Shown here piece by piece: positions 31,261 through 43,925 of a DNA stretch of 64,000 nucleotides. The first letter of the stretch is position 1. Each line of letters starts with the position of its first letter. The position numbers and the translations under genes are program-made. Below the pieces are notes generated by a model. That model was not told the DNA's origin. It saw only the letters and a program-made list of their open reading frames with translations, and did not search any database. Origin of the DNA: an uncultured Nitrososphaeraceae archaeon (GTDB lineage: Archaea; Thermoproteota; Nitrososphaeria; Nitrososphaerales; Nitrososphaeraceae); assembly GCA_963729045.1 (NCBI GenBank), contig CAVSMN010000013.1, forward strand, positions 43,642-107,641, read 5' to 3'.

Positions 31261-32013
31261 TTATGACAGGGATAAGAGTGAACAAAGTCTTACTATTTCG
31301 TTTGTTGCTCCCATTACATCTCCTGTAATTCCTCCAAAGTTCTTTTTTGAAATATAAATGACAATAAAACAACAAATAATTCCTACAATAAATATCTGCA
31401 ATCCAATCACACTCATATTTGAAATCAAAGCTATCAAAGCTATCAAAACTATAGTAATGATTGTTGCGATTGCCATTTTCTTTTTTGATTTCATATTTTT
31501 TGTAAACAATGAACTATATCCATCCCAAGCTGACTCACAATAATGAGACTCCAGTACCATAGAATATTTCGACATGATTTCGGAGAGAATTATTGCAATC
31601 ATTAACCTATCCAAACTTGTGATTGAAGAGATTGCTATTACCATTCCAATAACATATCCTGAAATCGCGACAGTTCCAGCTGATCCAATTCTTGGGTCAT
31701 GCATTACGTTGTATTTCTTTTCTTTGTTTCCTCTTACCATAATACCATCGGCAAAATCTGCGAGGGCGTCAGTATGATGTATGCCTGTTAAGACTATTAG
31801 AAAAATTGTTACTATGAATGCCGATACAAATTGATTAAATAAATAAAAGGAAATTAATACTACAGGAATAGTTAAAAGTCCTATTAATAGTCCAATAAAA
31901 GGGAACAAGAACATTTTTTTTGAAATGTTCTCTAAACCATCACTCTTACCAAATTTTCCAATAGGTATTATTGTTAAAAATGAAATGATCTCTAAGATGC
32001 TTTTAAATACCAA
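31261..32013 (-). CDS. cobS: Adenosylcobinamide-GDP ribazoletransferase
   Basis: SFLTIIP, TGIHHTDALADFADG, MHDPRIGSAG, FGGITGDVMGA. Confidence 0.95.
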   Translation of the reverse strand: MVFKSILEIISFLTIIPIGKFGKSDGLENISKKMFLFPFIGLLIGLLTIPVVLISFYLFNQFVSAFIVTIFLIVLTGIHHTDALADFADGIMVRGNKEKKYNVMHDPRIGSAGTVAISGYVIGMVIAISSITSLDRLMIAIILSEIMSKYSMVLESHYCESAWDGYSSLFTKNMKSKKKMAIATIITIVLIALIALISNMSVIGLQIFIVGIICCFIVIYISKKNFGGITGDVMGATNEIVRLCSLLSLS

Positions 32014-33007
32014 ATAATATTGTCCACCAATTAAAATAGTTCAAAATCATGATAACAGGAATTAGAAAACTGAACATAAATATCAGTGTCGCTATCTTGC
32101 TTATTTTTAAGGATGTTTTGCATTTTTGGATAGTAAGTTGTTCTTTCATATCTCCTAATTTATAATGATCAATTTTCTCTAACTGAATATTCAATCCTCC
32201 AGCCATAATTGACATTGGTACACCTGCATTGAAACTTTCGGTATTTTGGTAGTCTCTTTTACATATTTTTATTGCATTTTTCCAATCTTGTCTGCAAACC
32301 ATCATGGAGATAATCAAAAAAACTGATGACAATCGTGCAGGTATGGCATTTACGATGGTATCAAGTTTAGCTGACATCCATCCCACTTTATTATAGTAAT
32401 CATCCTTGTAAGCGATCATGGAATCTAATGTGTTTATGGTTCTATACATCATAGAACCTGGAATACTTAAAAGACCATAATAGAATAGTGGCGAGAGTAT
32501 ACCATCTACAAAGCTTTCTGCTACACATTCGATACAAGCTGATAGAATTCTGGACTCTGATAGATTCCGTGTGTCTCTGCTGACAATTTTTGATAAATTT
32601 CTGCGAGCTTTATCCAAATCATTTTTGTCTAATTCCTCCAAGATCTCCTTGATATGGTTATCCATAGCTCTTATTGAAAATGTTGTTTTTAACAACGCTG
32701 CCGATACTATGACAAAAAAAATAATACCTAACAAAAAAAGTGATTGCATGCAAATATAATAAACTACCAAACTAACCATGACTGTTAATCCTAATGCTAA
32801 AATCGATCCCATTACCTTTTCAAAATTTTCTTTATCTTTATCTTTCATGTATTTAGAAGCATTTTTTATTATTTTAATAAAGAAGTTTATGATTCTACCA
32901 ATCAATACAACGGGGTGTATCCTATTTGGCGGTTCGCCTAAGGTGATGTCTATCAAAGTCGCGATAAATAAAATTGATATGATTTCTGTTACGATTTCAA
33001 GTGACAT
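32003..33007 (-). CDS. cbiB: Adenosylcobinamide-phosphate synthase CbiB
   Basis: GEPP..HPVV.IG, VSRDT, ES.VDG..SPLFY, YRTINTLDSMI.Y, IPARLS. Confidence 0.95.
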   Translation of the reverse strand: MSLEIVTEIISILFIATLIDITLGEPPNRIHPVVLIGRIINFFIKIIKNASKYMKDKDKENFEKVMGSILALGLTVMVSLVVYYICMQSLFLLGIIFFVIVSAALLKTTFSIRAMDNHIKEILEELDKNDLDKARRNLSKIVSRDTRNLSESRILSACIECVAESFVDGILSPLFYYGLLSIPGSMMYRTINTLDSMIAYKDDYYNKVGWMSAKLDTIVNAIPARLSSVFLIISMMVCRQDWKNAIKICKRDYQNTESFNAGVPMSIMAGGLNIQLEKIDHYKLGDMKEQLTIQKCKTSLKISKIATLIFMFSFLIPVIMILNYFNWWTILFGI

Positions 33008-33019
33008 GGCTTGATTTTT

Positions 33020-33955
33020 TTATCTGATTATTTTTTTTAGAATATAATCCATGTTGATTGATGATTCTACTTTTTCTGCAAACCTGCTGATCTCTGCGTC
33101 TAAATCTGACTGATCTGTCGTTTTTTGATGATTATTTATTTTGTCATTTTTCTTGATCGATCGGGCATATGTTCTCTTGTTTTTGTTTTCATTCTGACCT
33201 TGTTTTATTTCATTGTCATTATTATCTCTGTCTAAGGAGTCCTCTTTTGGGATATTGTGATCTATTTTAGGAACGATACCTAGAAATGGTTTTGCTATTT
33301 TTGACTCGATCTTTTTTATCGCGGGGAATAATATTGTATTATCTCCACGAAATTTGTTAATTATGATTCCTTTTACTAATCGTTGATGTGATGGTTTTAA
33401 CAACATCATTGTTCCTAAAATGCTAGCGAAACATCCTCCACGTTCAATATCTGAAACCAGGATTACTGGTGCATTTACTTTTTCTGCAAAAATCATATTG
33501 GCGATGTCGTATTTTTGTATATTTATTTCAGCAGGTGAGCCTGCTCCTTCTAATATTATTATTTCGTATTTCCTTCTTAATTCTCTGAATGCGTCCAATG
33601 CTATTCTAAAACCTTTATCGAGAACAAAATCTGAATAGTAATCTTTAGCTTCCATTACCGACAAGAATTCACCGTTTGCATATATTCTGCTCTTGCTGTT
33701 ACCTATTGGCTTTAATAATATTGGATTCATGTTAGAGTCAGGAATCGCTCTACTTGCTATAGCCTGAATCGCTTGAGCATTTGCTATCACTTTATCTGTG
33801 TTTTCTATTTTATGTGTAAATGAGGACATGTTTTGGGATTTGAAGGGAGCTACTTTGAATCCTTTGTTGGTCAAAATTCTGCATAGTGCAGTAACAAGCA
33901 TACTTTTGCCAGCTCCCGAAGACGTCCCCTGAATCATTAACAGTTTTGATTTCAA
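33020..33955 (-). CDS. cobQ: Cobyric acid synthase, synthetase domain only (no C-terminal glutaminase domain)
   Basis: IQGTSSGAGKS, PFKSQNMS, MNPILLKP, EGAGSPAEIN, DIERGG, INKFRGD; only 311 aa. Confidence 0.9.
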   Translation of the reverse strand: MKSKLLMIQGTSSGAGKSMLVTALCRILTNKGFKVAPFKSQNMSSFTHKIENTDKVIANAQAIQAIASRAIPDSNMNPILLKPIGNSKSRIYANGEFLSVMEAKDYYSDFVLDKGFRIALDAFRELRRKYEIIILEGAGSPAEINIQKYDIANMIFAEKVNAPVILVSDIERGGCFASILGTMMLLKPSHQRLVKGIIINKFRGDNTILFPAIKKIESKIAKPFLGIVPKIDHNIPKEDSLDRDNNDNEIKQGQNENKNKRTYARSIKKNDKINNHQKTTDQSDLDAEISRFAEKVESSINMDYILKKIIR

Positions 33956-35043
33956 AGTGCTCCTTCCAATGATTCTAAAAGGACATTATTCTCTTTTGGA
34001 GTCTTGATGGCTACTCTAATAAATTTGTCATTCATACCTCTAAAACTCTTGCAATCTCTCACGAGGATTCCGTTCTTTATTAATAATTTGCTAGTTAGTT
34101 CTGTGGATGTTTTCTCATTTAGTATCTCGATCAAGTAAAAATTGACATCACTTGAGATTACCCTTATTTTTCTGTTTTTTTCAAGCAATTTGAAAACTCT
34201 TTTCTTTTCAGAAATATTGTTTTTCCTAGCGGCTTTAATATGAGATTTGTCTTTTAGCGCTTCTATGGCAGCAATCTGGGCTAATCCGTTTACGTTCCAG
34301 CTAATCAAATTGTTGTTTAATTTTTGAATATTCTCGTTGGTCGATAGCGCATAGCCTACTCTCAAACCTGCTAGACCGAATGTTTTTGTAAGCGATCTTA
34401 AAATCACTAGATTATTGGAATCCTTTATTAGATTAATAAAATAGTTATTGTCGTTTTCCTTTTTAGTATCGGTAAATTCGATGTAGGATTCATCTAGCAG
34501 GATTGGAATCTTTTTATCGATCTTTTCTAGTATTTCTAGTATTTCTTTTCTGAAAAACTTTCCTGTAGGGTTATTTGGATTGCATAAGAATACTGATCCT
34601 ATTTCATTGTCTGGATTGTTTGTTAGCTTTGCAATAGAATCTGAATCAATTTGAAAGTTATTGTCAAGAGGGGGTACAAATACCAATTTTGATTTCCTGC
34701 GTCTTGCAGCAAGCTCGTATTCACAAAAGGTGGGTATTGGAATAAGTGTTTTTTTTCGGGCAAAAGCAGCGGCGAAATAATGTATTAATTCTGTGGCGCC
34801 ATTTCCCGTTATTAAATTCTCATTTACTTCAAGATTAAATTCACAATCGATATACTCTATTATCTTTTTTTTCAATTCAGTGCATTTTGGATCAGGATAA
34901 ATATAGGCTAGTTTGATATTGGTTCTTAATTTTTCAAAAACTTTCTTGGAAATTCCAAGAGGATTTATGTTCGAACTAAAATCTATTCTTATATTCTTTT
35001 GACTATTTACAGAATAGATTCCACCATGATGACAATGTTGCAA
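33952..35043 (-). CDS. cobD: Threonine-phosphate decarboxylase (class I/II PLP enzyme)
   Basis: HHGG, DFSSNINPLG, CNPNNPTG, SLTKTFGLAGLRVGY; first gene of the cob cluster. Confidence 0.85.
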   Translation of the reverse strand: MQHCHHGGIYSVNSQKNIRIDFSSNINPLGISKKVFEKLRTNIKLAYIYPDPKCTELKKKIIEYIDCEFNLEVNENLITGNGATELIHYFAAAFARKKTLIPIPTFCEYELAARRRKSKLVFVPPLDNNFQIDSDSIAKLTNNPDNEIGSVFLCNPNNPTGKFFRKEILEILEKIDKKIPILLDESYIEFTDTKKENDNNYFINLIKDSNNLVILRSLTKTFGLAGLRVGYALSTNENIQKLNNNLISWNVNGLAQIAAIEALKDKSHIKAARKNNISEKKRVFKLLEKNRKIRVISSDVNFYLIEILNEKTSTELTSKLLIKNGILVRDCKSFRGMNDKFIRVAIKTPKENNVLLESLEGAL

Positions 35044-35174
35044 AGTCGATTCAATCAGATGATTTCTTATCTTTTTTTTTAGTATGAAAAGATCTTTTCA
35101 TCTATTGTATAATAGTTTTAGTTTTTTACACTTTAAAAAGGATTATTAATTGTTTTATTTCTAACCATTTCAAT

Positions 35175-36257
35175 ATGTTAAAAGTAGCGTTAATCGGTTC
35201 AACTGGCGCTGTAGGTCAAGAATTTGTAGTTGCACTTGACAAACATCCTTGGTTTAATTTAACTCATATTGTCTCTTCTGAAAGATCTGCTGGCAAAAAA
35301 TATGTGGACGCAATTAGAGATCCTCAGTCGGGTATACTAAAGTGGCATAATCGAGAACAAATCCCTGAATATGTTAGAGATAAAACCATATCTAAATTTG
35401 ACGACATAAATCCAAAGGAGTTTGACTTGATTTTTACTGCTTTGGAATCTGATGACGCACAAATAATAGAACCAAAGTTAGCTGCTCATGTTCCTGTTAT
35501 TAGTACCGCTGCTGCTTTCAGATACGAAAACGACGTTCCAATTTTGATACCTGGAATCAATGATGACCACACTGATCTTTTAAAAAAACAGCAGAAAGAG
35601 CGTCAATGGAAGGGCTTTATTGCCCCAATGCCTAATTGCACTACTACTGGGCTCGCTATTACTCTAAAACCTTTGATTGATAGCTTTGGAGTGAAAAGCG
35701 TCTTTATGACCTCAATGCAAGCATTGTCTGGAGCAGGTAGGTCTCCTGGTGTTATTGCTTTGGATATATTAGACAATGTCATTCCATACATTCCTAAAGA
35801 GGAAGAAAAAGTTCAAATAGAAACCAAAAAAATATTGGGTAAATATGATACAGAATCTAAAGAAATCTCTGTTAATGATGTAAAGGTTAGTTGCACCTGT
35901 ACCAGGGTACCAGTGTCTGATGGTCATACTGAGGTAGTTTTTGTAGAGACAATCGAGAATGCAGACCCCTCGTCAGTTAAAAAGAAAATGATGGAATTTT
36001 CTGACAATGTATCCATAAAGAATCTTCCTACTGCTCCACGAGATTACATTGTTGTCAATGATGATCCTACAAGACCTCAGCCACGAGTAGACAGAGAAAT
36101 CAACGATGGTATGACCACAGTGGTTGGTAGACTGAGAAAGGATTCCGTGTTTGACAATGGTATAAAGTATGTTCTACTGACTCACAATGAAAAAATGGGT
36201 TCGGCGAAAGGAGCAGTATTATTAGCCGAGTTGTTCAAAACAAAAAAAATTATATAA
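35175..36257 (+). CDS. asd: Aspartate-semialdehyde dehydrogenase
   Basis: GSTGAVGQ, PNCTT, QALSGAG, CTRVPVSDGH. Confidence 0.95.
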   Translation: MLKVALIGSTGAVGQEFVVALDKHPWFNLTHIVSSERSAGKKYVDAIRDPQSGILKWHNREQIPEYVRDKTISKFDDINPKEFDLIFTALESDDAQIIEPKLAAHVPVISTAAAFRYENDVPILIPGINDDHTDLLKKQQKERQWKGFIAPMPNCTTTGLAITLKPLIDSFGVKSVFMTSMQALSGAGRSPGVIALDILDNVIPYIPKEEEKVQIETKKILGKYDTESKEISVNDVKVSCTCTRVPVSDGHTEVVFVETIENADPSSVKKKMMEFSDNVSIKNLPTAPRDYIVVNDDPTRPQPRVDREINDGMTTVVGRLRKDSVFDNGIKYVLLTHNEKMGSAKGAVLLAELFKTKKII

Positions 36258-36333
36258 ATTTTTTTAAAAATAAACAAACTTTATAACAAAAATAAAAATT
36301 ATACATTTATTAACCACGAAAAAATAGTATATT

Positions 36334-36804
36334 TTGAAAATTATGGGAAGAATTGACGATCTTGATCTAAAAATATTAAGCGAGTTGTCAAAAGATGCAA
36401 GTATATCGGTTCCCAGGCTTTCAAAAAAAATCAATATCAATTCCTCTGTTGTTTATAGTAGAATCAAGCGACTTGTAAAGAGAGGTTTGATTAAGAAATT
36501 TACTATTGTAATAAATGATGAAGCCTTAGGTTTTAATGTTAAAGCACTAACTGGAATTACCATGGATTCTAAATTAAGGGATAATGTGCTTGCAGAGCTT
36601 TTTAAAATTCCCGAGGTCAGAGAAGTAGCCGAAGTTACTGGAAGATTTGATGTGTTGGTTACCATGACTGCTCGTTCTCTAGATGAAATGCATCAAATCA
36701 TATCTGAAAAGGTGGGACGGATTGAAGGGGTACAGAAAACTGAAACATTTATTGAGATGAGAAAGACTTCAAGAGAAATAATATCAAATTCTGTATCTAA
36801 ATAA
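36334..36804 (+). CDS. Lrp/AsnC family transcriptional regulator
   Basis: DDLDLKIL..L, RIKRL...GLI, EVTGRFD. Confidence 0.92.
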   Translation: MKIMGRIDDLDLKILSELSKDASISVPRLSKKININSSVVYSRIKRLVKRGLIKKFTIVINDEALGFNVKALTGITMDSKLRDNVLAELFKIPEVREVAEVTGRFDVLVTMTARSLDEMHQIISEKVGRIEGVQKTETFIEMRKTSREIISNSVSK

Positions 36805-36869
36805 AAAAAGTTCTCTCAAGATATAAATAACTATTTTATTTATAATATGGTGGTAGGTTAATAGACTAT

Positions 36870-37760
36870 TTGGTTTTAGAGATGAAGACAGTTGGTAACC
36901 AAGTTAAAAATTATTATGAGCTTACAAAACCAAAAATTTGGTATTTACTAGTTTTCACAGCTATAGCTGCTGCGGTATCAGCATCCTGGTTATTTGATGT
37001 TCAGGTCAGTTGGATGACTTGGGCTTTATTGTTCTTTGCAATCGCAGCAGGCTCTGCAGCTGCGGATACACTTACAGGATATAACGATAGAGATATTGAC
37101 GCAATAATGGAAAGAACCAAAGGTCGTCCGATTCCCTCGGGAAGAATTTCTCCACGTAACGCTTTAATTTTTGGGCTCATTTTAACAGGAATTTCTCTGG
37201 TTTGTTCTTGGTTCATAAACATATGGGCATTTGGGTTAATGGCATTTGGCTTGTTTGATAACATCATAGTATACAGCAAATGGCTAAAACGAACCAGTCA
37301 ATCTAATATTATATTAGGTGGATTTTCTGGTGGCGCTCCAGCATTAATTGGTTATATTGCAATAACATTTCAACATGTGGAAATAGGCATTGCAATGGCC
37401 GGACTGGTCTTTTTCTGGATTCCTACACACATCTGGAGTTTAGCCTTACATGTAAAAGAAGATTACAAAAAGGCCAATGTTCCAATGCTTCCCGTTGTAT
37501 CAAGCGAATCTAAATCTGTAAGGATAATAGCACTAACAACTTTGATGATGGTTGTATTTAGTATACTGCCATTTTTCTTTAATCAATTTGGTTTGATATA
37601 TCTATTGACTGCTACCGTATTTGGTATTGTGATGATAATTTTGTCTGTGTGGTTATTGCTAAAACCAAGTGAAAAAACTTCTTGGTTAGTATTTAAATTT
37701 AGCAGTCCATATTTGGCAGCATTATTTATTGCTTTTATGGTAGATGCGTTCTTTCACTAG
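36870..37760 (+). CDS. ctaB: Protoheme IX farnesyltransferase
   Basis: ELTKPKI, DRDIDAIMERT..RPIPSG, WIPTHIWSLA, DY..A.VPMLP. Confidence 0.95.
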   Translation: MVLEMKTVGNQVKNYYELTKPKIWYLLVFTAIAAAVSASWLFDVQVSWMTWALLFFAIAAGSAAADTLTGYNDRDIDAIMERTKGRPIPSGRISPRNALIFGLILTGISLVCSWFINIWAFGLMAFGLFDNIIVYSKWLKRTSQSNIILGGFSGGAPALIGYIAITFQHVEIGIAMAGLVFFWIPTHIWSLALHVKEDYKKANVPMLPVVSSESKSVRIIALTTLMMVVFSILPFFFNQFGLIYLLTATVFGIVMIILSVWLLLKPSEKTSWLVFKFSSPYLAALFIAFMVDAFFH

Positions 37761-37819
37761 ATCGCTTTCTTTCTTGTTTTTTTCTAATCAGGACAAATCA
37801 ACTCTAGAATTCTGCTTGC

Positions 37820-38245
37820 TCATCCTTTTTGAAATTCATCTAGTTTTTTCACCTTCAAGTCGAACTTTTCTTTGAATTTGGGAATATTGATAATGAACCT
37901 TTCATGCTTTCCCTCTCCTATCTGTTCTAAATTGTCTTCTGTAGATACTTTGAATTGAACTCTTCTTCCATCAACTCCTATGATTTCGGCTTTCAGAATT
38001 ATCTCCGCCCCTACAGGGGTTGCAGCAGTATGATTAATGTCTACAACGGTACCTACCGAATCCCATTCTGAATCAACCTTTAGAAATTGCTCTTTTAATA
38101 GCAGTCTACAGGTTTCTTCCATTTCTGATATCATTGAAGGTGTCGAGAATACATTTTCACCTTCCCAAAGAAAACTGGTAGTCTGATTGTGACTAACTTT
38201 AATTCTCCTTTCATTTTTGGTTCCTAATTTTATGTCAAAATCCAT
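37820..38245 (-). CDS. Fluoroacetyl-CoA thioesterase-like hotdog protein
   Basis: VFSTPSMI..ME, SVGT.V...H.AATPVG, G.HER. Confidence 0.85.
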   Translation of the reverse strand: MDFDIKLGTKNERRIKVSHNQTTSFLWEGENVFSTPSMISEMEETCRLLLKEQFLKVDSEWDSVGTVVDINHTAATPVGAEIILKAEIIGVDGRRVQFKVSTEDNLEQIGEGKHERFIINIPKFKEKFDLKVKKLDEFQKG

Positions 38246-38377
38246 AAGAATTATTCAGTTTGCTTTGATAAATTATTTGTTGATCTTGATCTCTATCTTT
38301 TTTGGTATTTTATTTGTGAAACCTATAAAAGGGGCTTACCGAAAAATTGTACCATTCTATTAAGGTGATATGAGAAC

Positions 38378-40073
<1,696 letters not shown>

Positions 40074-40411
40074 TCCATTCGTTTATTCTGCAAAAAAAAA
40101 GATTAATTTTTTTTATACATGTCCACCGTTTTATTCCATTTATTTTTTAAGCCTTTCTGATACCATTATATTTATCAAAATTCAAAATTCATACCGTGAA
40201 TCCTTGGACTTTTATTCCAGCATCTCCTATTCCATTTCCTAGCTCTCTCTCATCACCGTTTTTAGATTTGTCTTGTTCATCAAAGTCTTTAGAAAGTATT
40301 TTTTCTTCAACGGGTAATGATTCATTTCCACGTCCAAATCATAATCAAAATCTTCATAAAGAAAACACAAACCAGTCTGACAGAAGAGTTAAAACGGAAA
40401 ATAGGAAGAGT

Positions 40412-41571
40412 TTGACAAATCAGATTTTTGGGGATTCCCATACTCGTGATATTCTCAGAAACCTGTTGATCAAACTTTCAGATATAAAGGAAGATAAGTA
40501 TCATCAACCACAGGTTACCATTTTGCCTGATTTTTTTGTGGATAGAATTATTGAAGTATTGGACTATCCCATTTTTATGAATGATATCCAAAAAAAGATT
40601 GTTGCGGGAGGTGGAAGTATGCGAGGGTATTCTAGTGTGGATATCAAAGGTGGTAACGCAGTCAATATGGCATATAGTCTAGCAAAACTCGATGTTCGCG
40701 TAGATTTGTTTACCATAGCAGATGAAATTGGTTCTGCTATTTTGCGTTCTGTATTTTTGCCCTTCAAGACAAACGTAAATCTTCACATTATGAAAGGAAA
40801 ACATGGATTATCGACAGTATTTGAATTTTCAAATGCCTCCACACCTCCACCTCTACCTCCACCTCCCTACCTCAAATGTGATGGTAAGTGATGTAGGTGA
40901 CAACGATAATTTTGGTCCAGAACTAATTGAATCACAAGAAGTAAGGATGATTTTGCGATCATCTGATGCTGTGATAATGACAAATTGGGCGTCAAATCTA
41001 AGAGGAACCGACTTGTTAGATTATACCTTTTCGAATTCTCCTAAATCGATTCATTTTTTGGATCCCGCTGATATCGAAAGGAGATGTTTTGAATTCATTA
41101 ATGTGCTAAAAAGTCGTTCCAATTTAGTAGACTTTCTAAGTATCAATGAAAATGAATATAATCTGATAATCAAAGCATTAGAGAGCGTAATTGGTTATGA
41201 CAATAGTACTCTTATTGACCTTTGATAGCAATTTATCCCCTGATAATATTAACGCCTTTTGCGAATCAGCAAAGTTCCTTGCTAATTTTATTAATTTAAC
41301 AGTATGTGTACATACAACTAAGGGTTCTGCAATATCTGATGGTCAAGAATCGTTATTTGTAAATTCTATTGTTCCATCCAAAATAGATATTGTAAGTGGA
41401 GCAGGAGATTCATGGGATGCTGGTTTCATTTTTGGACACCTATATGGATTCACAACTATAGAGAAAATTTGTTTTGCCAATTTATTATCCTCACTCCATG
41501 TAGGAAATCCATTTGGTGATAACCCTTCATTATCTGAAATTATTGATTATATCAAATCTAGTTATTTCTAA
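40412..41571 (+). CDS. PfkB family carbohydrate kinase, two frameshifts (near 40860 and 41217)
   Basis: PDFFVDR, GGNAVN, SINENE and GAGDSWDAGF spread over three overlapping ORFs. Confidence 0.8.
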
Positions 41572-42115
41572 ATACATTATCATTGTGGAGGGTAAAATAA
41601 TATAGGAATATTGCCGTAACCGTCTTACAGTCTATTATTGTACCATCATAACAATATTTGATAGCATCCTTTAATTCAACAACAAAATTAGTAATGTTTT
41701 CATCCTCATCCATTTTATTTGGATTCTCCAGTTTAGACATATTTTCTGCAACGAAAAAATGCATTAATTCGGTGTCATAACTTGGAGCCAAAAAACATCG
41801 AGTAAGCGGTTTTAATACCCCTGCATATCCTGTTTCTTCTGCTAATTCCCTTTTTGCTGCTTCATGGGGTAATTCATTACTTTCAATCTTGCCTGCAGGT
41901 ATTTCAATTAAATATTTGTTTACGGCATGTCTGAATTGTTTAATTAACAAAATCTCTTTTTTATTAATGATGGGAATAATTCCGACAGAAGGACTATGCT
42001 CAACTACTTCCTTTCTAAAGACTTTTCCTTTGTAGTTGAATGTATCTATTCTTAACCTTACTGGGCCCTCATGGACCACCTTCTTGTTTATGACGCTGTA
42101 CCCTTCTTTAGACAT
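41558..42115 (-). CDS. NUDIX hydrolase (ADP-ribose pyrophosphatase-like)
   Basis: QFRH, EIPAGK.E......AAKRELAEETG. Confidence 0.92.
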   Translation of the reverse strand: MSKEGYSVINKKVVHEGPVRLRIDTFNYKGKVFRKEVVEHSPSVGIIPIINKKEILLIKQFRHAVNKYLIEIPAGKIESNELPHEAAKRELAEETGYAGVLKPLTRCFLAPSYDTELMHFFVAENMSKLENPNKMDEDENITNFVVELKDAIKYCYDGTIIDCKTVTAIFLYYFTLHNDNVFRNN

Positions 42116-42306
42116 TAACTCATTAAAAGTAATTTTTGACTAATATTTACTAATTGTGTCTCTATGGTGCTATTGGTCACCATACGTTGCTTGCTCTTCT
42201 CTCTTTTTCATATCTAATTACAAGTAATTATTCTGTGCGGGATTTGATGAGAAACAAATAAAATTAATCTCCGATAAAATTCCAATTAATAAACGGGATA
42301 TGAATC

Positions 42307-43380
42307 ATGAATGACCAAAAAGCTGAAAGAAATTTCGATATAGATGTTGATAAACAAACTGTTATGACTTTGGGCTCACATTGCTCATTACAGGTATTAA
42401 AAGGAGCCAAAGATGAGGGGTTCAAAACCTTGTTAGTATGTGAAGAAAAACGATTTGACATGTACAAGCGGTTCAAATTTATTGACAATATTGTATCGAT
42501 TAAAAATTTTAAAGAAATAGTAAATAAGAATTTTCAAGACGAATTAATTGAAAAGTTTAGTCCAATCTTGATCCCTCACGGAACCTTGATTTCTACATTA
42601 AATATGGATGAACTGGAGAGTATTAAGATACCCATATTTGGTAATAAATGGATCCTAAGATGGGAATCAGATAGAATGTTAAAACAACAATTAATGGACG
42701 AATCAAAGTTACCTTCGCCGACTCAAATATCCTCTAAGAATGAAATCGATGGTTTGTGTATAGTGAAATTACATGGAGCAGCTGGGGGAAAAGGGTATTT
42801 CTTGGTCACTGATAAAAAGGGATTCGAAGAACAGGCACAAAAACTCATAAAATCACATGTAATAGAGTCCGAGGAAAATTTGTTTATACAAAAATATGCT
42901 AACGGAGTCCCAGTTTATTTACAATATTTTTATTCACCTATTACCAATGAACTCGAGTTATTAGGGATAGACAGACGTTATGAAACTGATATAGATGCAA
43001 TAGGGCGAATCCCATCAAAGTATCAAATAACTTCTAACATTGAGCCGTCTTATACTGTTGTAGGAAATATACCAATCGTCCTAAGAGAATCTTTGCTTCC
43101 AGAGGTTTACTCCATGGGTGAACGATTTGTTGAATCATCAAGAAAATTAGTCCCTCCGGGAATGCCTGGACCCTTTTGCATCGAAGGTGTTTATGATAAT
43201 AATGCTAATTTCATAGCATTTGAATTTTCAGCGCGCATCGTAGCTGGAACAAACTTGTACGTTTCGGGTTCACCTTATTCAGATTTATTGTTTGAGACTC
43301 CGATGAGTATGGGGAGGAGAATCTCCTTAGAAATAAAAAGGGCTATTGAATCATCCAAAATTGGTTTAATAACGACTTGA
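42307..43380 (+). CDS. purP: Formate-dependent FAICAR synthetase
   Basis: TLGSHCSLQ...GAKDEGF, GGKGYF, LRESLL, FEFSARIVAGTN, MSMGRRI. Confidence 0.95.
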   Translation: MNDQKAERNFDIDVDKQTVMTLGSHCSLQVLKGAKDEGFKTLLVCEEKRFDMYKRFKFIDNIVSIKNFKEIVNKNFQDELIEKFSPILIPHGTLISTLNMDELESIKIPIFGNKWILRWESDRMLKQQLMDESKLPSPTQISSKNEIDGLCIVKLHGAAGGKGYFLVTDKKGFEEQAQKLIKSHVIESEENLFIQKYANGVPVYLQYFYSPITNELELLGIDRRYETDIDAIGRIPSKYQITSNIEPSYTVVGNIPIVLRESLLPEVYSMGERFVESSRKLVPPGMPGPFCIEGVYDNNANFIAFEFSARIVAGTNLYVSGSPYSDLLFETPMSMGRRISLEIKRAIESSKIGLITT

Positions 43381-43456
43381 TTTTTTCAATCTTATAGTCA
43401 CAATGGTTGGAAAAAAAGAAAGTTTACTCGCATGAAATCAAATCAAGCAGATTAAA

Positions 43457-43729
43457 TCAAATTAGTTTTGTCGATAATGTGAAATCTTTTCTCTTATCTA
43501 TTTCAACCAACAAATCCATTCCTTCCTTAGTTATGACATAATACTTTGAATTCTTTAATACATAATTTTTCATCCTTTCTAGGTGATAATAGATAGATCC
43601 TGTAGATAGACCTGTGATGGTTCTGATTTCAGAAAAACATGCGGATCCATTCTTCTTTACAATAGCTCTCAATATTTTGATCCTGGTTCTTTTTGCCCTA
43701 AGCTGTGTATCACCCATTGACTCTATCAT
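43457..43729 (-). CDS. Winged-helix (ArsR-like) transcriptional regulator
   Basis: TRIKIL, FSEI...GLSTGSIYYHL, Y.IT.EG. Confidence 0.75.
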   Translation of the reverse strand: MIESMGDTQLRAKRTRIKILRAIVKKNGSACFSEIRTITGLSTGSIYYHLERMKNYVLKNSKYYVITKEGMDLLVEIDKRKDFTLSTKLI

Positions 43730-43925
43730 ATAATCCTGTTTTTTTTTATTTCTTGTGGTGTTGTTTATTATAACTTAATTATATAAGAATCGATTAACTG
43801 TTCTCTTTTTATGAGTGCCATCTAACGTCATAGTGATTTCACGGTTACAATCTCGTCCCAATTTGCGATAGCAGTAGTATGCATCTTTAACTATCTCTTA
43901 ATTTTGGTTATTTTTAGACCTGGAA

